The position numbers were made by a program, and so were the translations under genes. Under the pieces are notes generated by a model. It saw only the letters and a list, made by a program, of their open reading frames with translations, was not told the origin of the DNA and did not search any database. From the NCBI GenBank assembly GCA_951406725.2, contig OX597818.1:77624001-77688000 (forward strand): a stretch of DNA of 64,000 nucleotides. Direction: 5' to 3'. Position 1 is the first letter of the stretch, and every line of letters starts with the position of its first letter. This DNA is from Octopus vulgaris. Its lineage: Eukaryota. Below are positions 53,689 through 64,000 of the stretch, one piece after another.

Positions 53689-54551
53689 TTATGTGTGTGT
53701 CTTTGTGTCCATGTTTGTCCCCTCACCATCTCTTATTTCTTTATTGCCCACAAGGGGCTAAACATAGAGGGGACAAACAAGGACAGACATAGGGATTAAG
53801 TCGATTACATTGGCCCTCCAATGCGTAACTGGTACTTAATTTATTGACCCTGAAAGGATGAAAATATTGTTTCCTTAGTTCAGTCAGAAAACCAACGGCC
53901 ATCACCACCAGTATACATACATACATAGAGAGAGACAGGCAGATATAGGACTTTCAGATACCCTTAAACATTACTCTCTCTCTTTTTTTACTCTTTTATT
54001 GTTTCAGTCATTTGACTGTGGCCATGCTGGAGCACTGCCTTTTGTCAAGCAAATTGACCCTAGGACTTAATCTTTGTAAGCCTAGTACTTATTCTGTCGG
54101 TCGCTTTTGCTGAACCACTAAGTTACGAGGACGTAAACACACTAGCATTGATTGACAAGCAATATTGGGGGAACAAACACAAACACACACACACACACAA
54201 CGGGCTTCTTTCAGTTTCTGTCTACCAAATCCACTCTTTGGTTGGCCCGAGGCTATAGTAGAAGACACTTGCCCAAGGTGCCACGCAGTGGGACCGAACC
54301 TGGAACCATGTAGTTGGTAAGCAAGCTACTTACCACACAGCCACTCCTACTGGTCAATGTGTTTCCATTCTTCCTTTGATTGTGCTCTCTTCTTCTATTT
54401 GGACCCTAATTCTTTTACTGTATCATCTTCCTATCATCAAGGAGTTCCAAGTGGTCACTTCCAATCTTTTGGTTACCAGTTGGTAACTGCACAAGTCCAC
54501 CTGTTGCCAATGAGCATTTGCTCCACTAGCCTGGATGTGTCACAAGATTCC

Positions 54552-54606
<55 letters not shown>

Positions 54607-55162
54607 TTTTTTCTTTTATACGTTTCAGCCCTAAGGCTGTGGCCAAGCTGGAGCATGTATATATATATATATATTGTGTGTACATTGTTGGGGTATACCA
54701 GCACACAGTTTTTATAATTTATGTATATAAGTCATGGAGTGGTGGCACGATTCATCTCTGATTTAGTTTGGGTACGTGATGCTGATAAGCCACAAAAATG
54801 GTGAAACATCAAGGTCTATCTCTCCTGAATGGGATTTCAGGTGAGTTGTCTTGCCTGTCTATGACTTTCAGGTGTTCTTACAACTGGCACTTTGAAAGAA
54901 TAATCTCCACCACACCAAATCACAGCTTACCAGCAAACACATGGCATGTATATGTTAAGTGTGTGTGGTTGATGATATATATGTATATATAATAGAAGGG
55001 ATTTCAATCACCAGTTATTTGAAGTGTTTGATAAAAGTCAAAATTTAATTCCTTTTCATCAGTAACTGTTTTTCTTGAATGTCATTTAAATGTCTGTAAA
55101 TTTTTTTTAAAGTATTTTTCTATTCCTTTTTTTTATTTCCATTCTTTCTCATTGATTTACAG

Positions 55163-55346
55163 AGAAGAAAAAGCGAAGTGTGCAAGGGATCAAGCACTTG
55201 GCTGGGCACTTGCAACATATCTTCGTCATATTGGTGTTACAAAACTGTCATATCACAGTTCTGTTTTAGATCGGGTTCACAGTTTTGTGATGAAAGAACG
55301 GAAAGAAAAGGGAATTAAACTCCCAGGGACCAAATCAAAAACAAAG
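55163..55346 (+). CDS. ARHGEF11/12: End of RGS-like domain (EEKAKCARDQALGWALATYLRHIGV...KSKTK), phase 2-0
   Basis: tttacag acceptor, AAG|gtatgc donor, 184 nt; TYLRHIGV matches the family Y(M/L)xHLGV motif. Confidence 0.93.
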
Positions 55347-55771
55347 GTATGCATACACATAAGCACCCTAATTATTTGTGAGTAATATGCATAATTGTGA
55401 TTGTTGCCAGTGTAATGTAAATGGCGTGATAATAGTGTAAATGGCTTCTATGCTTGTGACATGTAAAAAGCACCCATTACACTCTTGGAGTGGTCGGTGT
55501 TAGGAAGAGCATCCAACCATAGAAACCATACCAAATTCGACTGGAACCTAGTGCAGCTCTCTGGCTTACTACTTCCAGTCAAACCATCTAACCCATGCCG
55601 AGTTAAATGATGATGACTGACACTACAGAAAATATCTGTATTTACTGAGTTTGAAAGAGAGGATATACAAAAATATGATTGATTAGGATATGTTAGCATT
55701 TTAATCTTACAGTATTCATTTATTAATCAAGTTTTATGTCACTAACTTGTTTCTGTTATTTTTCATTGTAG

Positions 55772-55880
55772 GCATACCGCAACCATCAGTTTGTTCCTCA
55801 GCATTATTACCAACTGACTGATTGTACGGTTTGTTCTAGTCCTGTGTGGGGAGTTGGTTTTCAAGGCTATCAGTGTAGCA
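55772..55880 (+). CDS. ARHGEF11/12: C1 domain, first half (AYRNHQFVPQHYYQLTDCTVCSSPVWGVGFQGYQCS), phase 0-1
   Basis: ttgtag acceptor, gtgagt donor, 109 nt; H-x12-C-x2-C-x13-C spacing. Confidence 0.94.
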
Positions 55881-57172
55881 GTGAGTAATGACTATGGTTT
55901 TTTTATTGCATGCAAATATGGTGTTTATTCAACCTGTAATCCCACACACACACAACTGTATATGTAATGATCTGGAGTTTAAAAGAATAACAGAAGTTTA
56001 TACATAGAAGAATGGGATTGGGCCAGACAAACAGAATGTCAACAGAATACTTCTTATCACTTGGTATATTTCACCTCCTTCTATACTACACCCTCCCTCC
56101 ATCTCAATCAAAGAGTCTTGTCTTGCAAGCTGCTTGGTGACCTCATTAGCACTGGCGACACACAAAAGCAGCCAGTGCACACTGTTAAATGGTTAGTGTT
56201 GTGAAGGGCATCTAGCCGTAGAAACCATGTCAAAGCAGACATTAGAGCACTATGGTGACAGCAGTAGCGACGATGACAACAATAACGAGGAGGAATTTGT
56301 AGTTAGTTGCAGGAGACATAAAAGTAGAACAGCATTGAATAACTATCCTTGATTGATGTCTAGAAAGGAAATTAGTCTTCTATAGTCAACACAAACAGTG
56401 GTTACAGAAGATCTGTTCAACAAGTTGATGAGAAACCAGAACTGGAAGAGTGTTAACAGTAATAACAGACTGAATAGAAACTATGACTTGAAACTTTAGC
56501 CCAGATTTTATTGCAAAAGATTAATAATGTAGTAAGGAAATGGGGGAAAATATTGTGGAGATATTGATAATTATTAGTTAATCAACAATTTTCTGTTAGT
56601 GTTTAATGATCAATTGATTTTGAAATATCTTGTTTTTTCTCAAGATACATGACTAATCCAAAATACTTTTATTAGACTGCATAATAAATTAGATTTTTCT
56701 CGACATATGACTTTAGGACTGTCTTTGTATTCTTAGACATTGATCAGTCAATGCAGATGATGATTGTTATCATTGAGATCAACATCATCCATCTTCCAAA
56801 TAATGATGATCATTGTCTTCCATGTTAGCATTGGGTGGACTGTTTGACAGGTTCTGACAGGTCTGAGGATTGCCTCCTGTTCTAATGTCTGTGTTGGCAT
56901 GGTTTCTGAAGCTACATGCCCAATGTAATGCCAACCACTTTACAGAGTGTACTGTGATTACCATTAAGGAAGGGAATCCAGCCATAGAAACCATGCCAAA
57001 GGAGACTTGGGAGTATGCTACATATTAAGATATTTAAGACTGTGAGACTTAAGAAACCAGAAACACTAACATATCAAACATGTATTCTACCATTTGCATA
57101 TCTGTTTGTATTTTTAAAAAAATACTTAAGACTGAAGAGAGGCATTAAAGCAATAGTTGTTGCCATATGATA

Positions 57173-57389
57173 CAAAGCAAGTGCTGGAAACTTCCTGGCT
57201 TTAAGGGTATCGCGAAAGCCCTTGTTGGAGGCCAAACCATCCAACTTCTTTTACAGGGCTTAGAAAAATTGAAGGACTGCTGCAATAAGTGTGTGAATCT
57301 GAGAGGGGAATATGTTCAATAAAATCATAATTAACTGATCTTCCTGTATTTTCTTTTACCCAAAGCCAGAAACTTTTCAGCACCCCTCA
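57173..57389 (+). mobile_element. mariner-derived MITE retaining the transposase C-terminus
   Basis: TIR cores gtgctggaaacttcctggcttt / aaagccagaaacttttcagcac with TA flanks; internal LQGLEKLKDCCNKCVNLRGEYVQ*. Confidence 0.8.
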
Positions 57390-57457
57390 TATTTTTTCTT
57401 TCTTTTTTTTTTTTTTACAATTTAGTTTTTATCTACACTTCTTATTTGACATTTCAG

Positions 57458-57580
57458 ATTGTGAGTGGAATGTTCATAAACATTGCATAGAATCCATTGA
57501 CATCTTGTGTCCACAAGGTCGGAAAAAACGAACGTCTGGGCTGATGGACAAATGGGGCCGAAAACCTAGTAATACAAATG
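57458..57580 (+). CDS. ARHGEF11/12: C1 domain, second half (N-CEWNVHKHCIESIDILCPQGRKK...), phase 1-1
   Basis: tttcag acceptor, G|gtaggt donor, 123 nt; completes C-x4-H-x2-C-x7-C. Confidence 0.94.
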
Positions 57581-58684
57581 GTAGGTTACAGCTGAGAGTA
57601 TTTAACATACGAAAACATTTATTATATCAGAGAATAGACAAAATGGAATAAAGATGAAAGGGTTTGAGATTTACAACCTACTGTGTGATATCTGGATTAA
57701 AAGTGGTAGACAAACACACAGTGTCTTCTATTAGTTTCTGCCTATCTCATCCACTCACAAATTCCTGTTCAAATTAGAGTTCTAGCAGAAGATATTTGCC
57801 CAAGGTGCTGCACATTGGAACTGATATGTATGAGAACAGAATAAAGAATACCCCTGCAGCCATAAATCAAAAAATAAGAATAATTTACCACTGTAGACTG
57901 AATAAATGGTTCGGTTTGAAATTCTGAGAACATTACCTGAAGAAGGCCAGACTGTAACAATAAGATGAGGGCACTGCTCTGAATAAATCAGTGTATCACA
58001 ATGATGATATCTTGTTTCAGATAAACGCACAAAAAAAAAATTTTTTTCAGGCTTATTTCTGCCTTTCAAGCTGCTAAGGATAAGAAGTATAAAGTTACTT
58101 ATTGAAAATATGAACAAAAGACCTTTGTAAAAACTGAATATAGTTGGAAAATCACTTCCCAATCATATCATTTGTGATTCAATCCCCGGTGCTGTACCTT
58201 GAGCAAGTAGCTTCTACTGTACTCTTGAGTGAGTAGAATTTTGTAGACTGAAGCCTATTATTTGTGTTTGTATACTGGTGTGTCCAGTTGTGTCCCTTTG
58301 GTAAAAAAAAAGCAGGCAAGTTAGCCAATACTTTTGGGAGGGTCATTTTACCCATAAAACACATGCACTAGATGTGATTCGCTTCAGTATTATTATCAGT
58401 TAATTAATTGATTAAATACCTTTCATGACAACATGAGGATGTATCCTTCATGTATTTGCTCTGTAGTGATATGAATACTATATTCTATTTTCGTTTCTCT
58501 AAATCTGACAAACTTGAAGGTTACTAAATTTTCTAATTTTCTTTCAACTCCATTAATAGATGTAAAAATATAAAGTTAGACTAATATTCAACTTGATTAA
58601 TTATGAAGCCATTGTTCTCTTAAATCGCTTTTTTCTTTTCTTTTGACTCTGTTTACATTAATCCATTTTGTAATATTCTTCTAG

Positions 58685-58774
58685 CACCACATATAAACCA
58701 AAGAAGAGAATCATGTAGTCCAACACAAAGTGGAAGTTCTGGTGTTTCAGGGGCTGATGAAGATGTCGACTCTG
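58685..58774 (+). CDS. ARHGEF11/12: Ser-rich exon (PHINQRRESCSPTQSGSSGVSGADEDVDS), phase 1-1
   Basis: ttcttctag acceptor, G|gtaaat donor, 90 nt open in the required frame. Confidence 0.78.
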
Positions 58775-59444
58775 GTAAATAGATTGGCTTTTAGCCTGCT
58801 TTTGTAGAATATGTTGGTTAACAATGGATAAGTGAATGTCATTTCCAGACTCTTTCGCTCTCTCAGAGTTCACTTTATGTATCATCCTTTAATTTACAAT
58901 TTTTGAATGCTAAAATATTAATCCACTGTGTCTCATGGAGGAAGTTTGTTAAAGGAAAAACAAAATATTTCAAAAGACAATGGAATGGCTTGCTGAAAAC
59001 AATTTCTCCTGGCCCTTTGAATATTTTCTTTATTTTTTTAAATAAAAGATTGATCCTGAAATATTGTAAGATTATTAAACAGCCTATGTAAGTTGGAACA
59101 ATGTATTATTGCTGTTGTTTATTCATTGACATCAGAATACATCAGCAAATAATTTGTTTGCTGACATATATTAACAAGAGCTACCATTTCTTGTTTAGCT
59201 TCATTGATCTGTGAATACTTACCAATGAAGAGAGACAACCAGGTTGAAATTCCATAGTGTCTCAAAGTCCCCTTACATCAATGAATTGTGTTGTGAACAC
59301 ATCTTCTAAAAGGAGAAGGTTTTCAGATATGAGATACAACAGCGATTAATATATTCATGTTTGAGCCTCTTACAACATATGAAGAACAAATAGATATGTC
59401 ATTGTCTTAATTTATAAGTAATGTTTTATCATTTAACTTTATAG

Positions 59445-59517
59445 GTTTTCATTCGGTAAACAGTATTGTAAAACGATTTGAGAAAAGTCCAGGGGAAAAT
59501 GACGATGAAAGACACAA
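59445..59517 (+). CDS. ARHGEF11/12: Exon (G-FHSVNSIVKRFEKSPGENDDERH-K), phase 1-2
   Basis: tttatag acceptor, gtaagt donor, 73 nt; V..I...FE resembles the PDZ-RhoGEF VRNIIQHFE actin-binding segment. Confidence 0.88.
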
Positions 59518-60144
59518 GTAAGTCTGAATATGTTGTATATATGACACCTTTTAGAAAAATCAATGACTTTTAGTTTTCTCTTCAAGTTTTTTTTTTCTTA
59601 TTCTATCTTCCTTTTTCAAGTGTGATTAGTTTGGTTAGTTCCATTTTATTTGCTCTTTCAGTAATTCAGATTACTAACTTCACATATTTCATCACAAAGT
59701 AAAGAGTAGACACCAGATTTTCTGAGTTGATTCTAGGATTAAGAATTGGTTTTCATGAAGACTTGTAAAAATATTTGTCATTATTTTCATCAATTAAGGT
59801 AGCAAGCTGCCAGAATCACTAGAGTGTCAGACAAAATGCTTAGCAACATTTCTTTCTGCTCTTTATAGACTTCAAATACTGCTGAGGTCAACTTTGTCTT
59901 CATTCTTTTCAAGAGTCAACAAAAAAATATGTATCAGTCAAATACTGGGGTCAATGAAACCAACTTGTCCCTTTCCCTCAAAACTGCTGGCCTTGTGCCA
60001 AAATTAGAGTTACTTATTTTTGTTGAGAAAAAAAATGTGATTTAGTCTTTTCATTTAAAAAGAAAGAAAGAAAACATTTTATCTCTTTTGGTATTGTATG
60101 TTTCTGTTCTGAATGATTTATTGGATTTTATTTCCACTTTGCAG

Positions 60145-60196
60145 GCGTGCTACTGATTTAGGGCGTTCGGAGAGCTTAAAAGATCGACCTGACCAG
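60145..60196 (+). CDS. ARHGEF11/12: Exon (RATDLGRSESLKDRPDQ), phase 2-0
   Basis: tttgcag acceptor, CAG|gtaaat donor, 52 nt; LGRSESLK motif as in PDZ-RhoGEF. Confidence 0.92.
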
Positions 60197-60871
60197 GTAA
60201 ATGGTCTTATATTTTCAGCCCTCTTCTCTGCTTTAAAGAAGACAAAAATTTAGTATTAGTGATTGTATTGTTATGGTTGTCACCTAACTGAAAGATTTGG
60301 AATACATAAACACAAGACATAGAAAGCATATTCTGTTTGATATGACAATTTCTGCTCTTCTCAAAAGTACAAATACACATTCACTGCATAGATCGAAAAA
60401 ACAGTTCATTTACCTAACCCTATCTAATCCTGGACAGCACACACAACTAAAAAAAACCTTCACCCTTTAACTGCGAAATTAAATTTCATGGTTATTTCAG
60501 TAATGATGCTAAATATCTTCCTATATTCTGCGAGTCATATTGTCTCAAAAAAAGTTTCAACCATGACATTTCTCAACAAAAGATAGGTTGGTACATAAAA
60601 CTACCTTTTGCAGTTAATTGTAATGAAATGTAGAGTAAATGTGTCTAATTTCTGCAGTAAAAGTGGTGAAGTTGCTACAAAGGATTGTCTTTGCAATCCA
60701 ACATATATAACACAATTAGTGTGATTTATCATGGATGACTGCCTCTACATCTGGGACAGCACTGCTGCTACACCCATGACCAAATTGGACACACTCCAAC
60801 TTCTGGACCTCAGGAGTATTGCTTCTTCACCCTGCTTCTTTTATCACTCCTGCTATGACTTCTGTTCCTTT

Positions 60872-61200
60872 CATCATCATCATCATCATCATCATCATTT
60901 AGCGTCCGTTTTCCATGCTAGCATGGGTTGGACGGTTCAACTGGGGTCTGTGAAGGTGGAAGGCTTCATCAGGCCCAGTCAGATCTGGCAGTGTTTCTAC
61001 AGCTGGATGCCCTTCCTAATGCCAACCACTCCATGAGTGTAGTGGGTGCTTTTTACGTGCCACCCGCACAGGTGCCAGACAGAGCTGGCAAACGGCCACG
61101 AACGGATGGTGCTTTTACATGTCACCGGCACGGGGGCCAGGCGAGGCTGGCAACGGACACGAACGGATGGTGCTTTTACGTGCCACCAACATGGGGGCCA
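60872..61200 (-). mobile_element. Young SINE family C copy with about 62-bp GC-rich internal tandem, inserted into a LINE remnant (about 60731-61300)
   Basis: CpG-rich, (CAT)n tail on +. The flanks translate as CLYIWD..LDTLQ...FYHSCYDFCS | ELVNYIPPPSRST. Confidence 0.8.
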
Positions 61201-61394
61201 GAACTAGTTAATTACATACCACCTCCATCCAGGTCTACCTACCACACCTGTTTCTTCTTTTTACATCACTCAGACTGTCTTATATCCTGGACTCCATACT
61301 GACTACTTCAACCTTGAAATTTTAATATTTTATCTCATCTTTCTCTCTCTGTTTGTCAATTTCCTTCCTTCCCAGGTATAAGCATGGCTAATAG

Positions 61395-61840
61395 GTACAA
61401 GCATGGCTTTGTGGAAGTTTGCTTCCCAACCATGTGGTCTTGAGTTCAGTCTCTCTCTGTAACACCTTGAGCAACTGCCTTCTATAGCCCAGGGTTGACC
61501 AAAGTCTTATGAGTGTATTTGCTAGATGGAAACTGTAAGAAGCCCATTGTATATATATATACACATACATGCATGTGTGTGTATATGTGTATGTGTACCC
61601 TTGTCTTGATATGATGTAATGGTTGCAAACTGTAAACCATCACCACCATCAAGCAAATGATGTTATTCATTTCCAGTCTTCTGTGAAAATTGTGTCTGGT
61701 CATGAGGAAATATTACCTTGCTTGGAAGCAAGTGAGGCTTGGTGACATGGAGGGCATCCAACTGTAGAAAATCTGCCTCAACACATTCCATCTGACTCGT
61801 GCACTCATGGAAAAGTGGACATTAAATGATGATGATGATA
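61395..61840 (+). mobile_element. Chimeric SINE: family B head, distinct middle, family C-type 3' end
   Basis: B head at 61395-61550, middle ggaaatattaccttgcttggaa, tail catggaaaagtggacattaaatgatgatg. Related copies at 41230-41840 and 51450-51617. Confidence 0.7.
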
Positions 61841-63436
61841 ACTTAGAGATTTTCAAGATAAATGTAGACCATATCTATCTCAGCAGTTTCAAAGGCCTGA
61901 CAATGGCTTAAACACTAAAGGTTTCATTTTGTGTTTTGTGAAATGTTAAACCACTGAGAATGCTATTTATTTGTTTACATCTGTTTTGTCTATACTGGCA
62001 TGGGTTAGAGTTGTATGTATTATTTATCATTGTTTTATGGCCTTGTGCTCTTCCTGTTGCTAACCTTTATCTGTTTTTCATGTGTAGTGGGGGGGGGGGT
62101 CTGTTATTCAACATCTCTTCAAAAGTGTAAAGCCAATAGGAGATTTGTTGACAAACAATGAAAACAATATCACTGCTTGTTACTTAGCAATTTTCAGAGA
62201 AGTGCAAATGTAAACAAACACATACAGGTTTATGCACACACAAATACAAGGTTTTGGTCAACCTGTAGCTATAGATGAAGACATTTACCTAAGGTACTGT
62301 ACAGTGAGATTGAAATCAAAAACACATGGTTGGAAAGCAGACTTCTTAACCACACAGCCCACACTTTTATTACATAGTCATTCATTGTCTCTTTATCTAA
62401 CTACTATATATACATACATATATTGCAAAGCTCTTCCATTTCACAATAAAGTAACTAAAAGTATGCATAGGTTTGCGAGTGACGGGTTAACAGACACCAA
62501 TGTAGTTGTAGGATGTTTGTAGATAACAATAGCCAGTATACAGAGATGGTTTGCTTTGAGAAATACTTTTATAAGTTTTAATAGATTGCTGGAAATCAGT
62601 TTTACTCATTGTATTTTTTATAGAAGAGGAAAGTAATGAAATCATATTGGAACCTTGTCAAAATAAATGCTGCCAAGTTTTGGAAGTTGGTGGTATTCAG
62701 AAACCATGAAGAAACTTGGTATTTAGCTTTGGAATAATGAATTTTTTAGGTAACAAGAACATATAAAGAGTCGTAATTAAGTTAACACACACATACACAC
62801 ACCATAGGCTTCTGTACAGTTTCTATTGAGTTTCTCTCTACCAAATTTCACTCAGTGAGATTGAACCTGAAATGACATGGTTTGGAAGCAAACATCTTAA
62901 CCATACAGTCATGCTTGCACCTATATGCACACATATACACACACTTGGCTGATGCACATGAGTGTAGGCAGTACAATTTTAGCTCCTTTAAATGAAATAT
63001 TTAATCATTGAGTGTGTACATGGCATGTGAACCACACTGACTCAACAATAAATCAATTTTAGTTATAAACCCAAATTTGCTTCTGTGTAAAGAAAGAATT
63101 AGAAATAAGTACATATGTCTCTGTTGTTTAACCCTTTCGTTACAATATTTATGTTGAAATACACTGCCTTTCTTTCAACTAATTTTGAAGAATTCAGTTA
63201 AATAGCAGAAAGCTCAGAGTAAAAGTAGTGAAGACTCTGCATCAAACAAGTGAAATGTATGTTATTGTTATCGATTTTTATTTATGCCTTTACAAATGGG
63301 AATGGATGTAACTGAGATAAGAACTTAATATTGTTCTGGAAACAAAAAAAATATTATCATAACCCATATTGGTTTTATATTTTTGACTTTGCTATGTATT
63401 GTATTTAAACATTTCTTCCTAATTTGTCTTTATCAG

Positions 63437-63549
63437 AAAGGTGATCGACGAACTAGACGAGCTAAAAGTGATGTGGATATGGATGAAAACACTATCAAGG
63501 TACTTAATAACTCAGGAAGTTCATCTACGTCTAGTCTACATTCTGCCAG
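63437..63549 (+). CDS. ARHGEF11/12: Exon (KGDRRTRRAKSDVDMDENTIKVLNNSGSSSTSSLHSA-R), phase 0-2
   Basis: ttatcag acceptor, AG|gtttgt donor, 113 nt; SDVDMD and SSSTSSL motifs as in PDZ-RhoGEF. Confidence 0.9.
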
Positions 63550-64000
63550 GTTTGTTTAATTTTTACTTAATTGGTTGTTTTTATTACTGCTTTCAATATA
63601 TATAAACAATTACAACAATTTTTTTTCTTCTTTCAATTGAAACTATTACAAATATCAATGTTATTCCTATCTGAAGTTTATAAGGACTCATAATAGAAGT
63701 AGTAGTTGGCTCTGACGACCGATGAACTAATGTACAAATTGTATAAATTCAAGTTGAATGACAGCATGTTCTCCAGATTCATTGACTATACAGGTGACCC
63801 TTTCAGTGAATGAAACACCAGCAGATCCAATCTTTGTCATGGCTGTGTTGATTTCATGCCAATGTGTGATGCATACACAATGTAATGCTTATTGGCTAAT
63901 TGGGTGCCTGGTGATGCTGAAAATCTCATTGCACAGTGACATCTGGGATATTTTTTTTAGAGTATGGTCCATGATCCAGTAGATGACATATTTGAAAGGT

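Larger units (their letters stand above)
10189..63549 (+). other. ARHGEF11/12: Multi-exon RGS-RhoGEF gene (ARHGEF11/ARHGEF12 / RhoGEF2 family), partial; 17 exons found, 5' (PDZ) and 3' (DH-PH) parts presumably outside the window
   Basis: All 17 exons have AG/GT boundaries and compatible phases. The spliced protein has a LARG-like coiled coil, RGS-like domain, C1 domain, and LGRSESLK and SDVDMD..SSSTSSL motifs recognised from PDZ-RhoGEF/LARG. Confidence 0.92.

Noticed and set aside
63500-63505. Internal donor AAG|gtactt in the last exon
   Set aside because: It would remove the conserved SSSTSSL motif and change the phase; the donor at 63550 fits better.
63711-63735. CTGACGA hammerhead-like box
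   Set aside because: No downstream GAAA box or closing stems.

Overview
AT-rich, microsatellite- and SINE-dense animal genomic DNA. The repeat families and (TA)n/(ATT)n/(CAT)n load look like an octopus genome (inference from pattern recognition, no search run). The window lies inside one large + strand gene. By reading splice sites I recovered 17 GT-AG exons (10189-63549; 1895 nt, 631 codons + 2 nt) that splice in frame. They give the middle of an RGS-RhoGEF of the ARHGEF11/ARHGEF12 (PDZ-RhoGEF/LARG, Drosophila RhoGEF2) family: post-PDZ coiled coil, low-complexity linker, RGS-like domain, C1 zinc finger and the LGRSESLK / SDVDMD / SSSTSSL motifs. The PDZ and DH-PH exons are presumably outside the window. 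Introns carry a Gypsy integrase remnant with PPT and a 135-bp LTR, several LINE remnants, hAT, Tigger, mariner and piggyBac-type MITEs, a 1.28-kb long-TIR element, Helitron/Helentron-like elements and many SINE copies. The most unusual object is a perfect 175-bp-arm palindrome (27601-27968) with a hammerhead-like half core at its apex. Three further decayed minimal hammerhead-like motifs suggest Penelope-like element remnants. Most ORFs in the supplied track are spurious (microsatellite or SINE translations).
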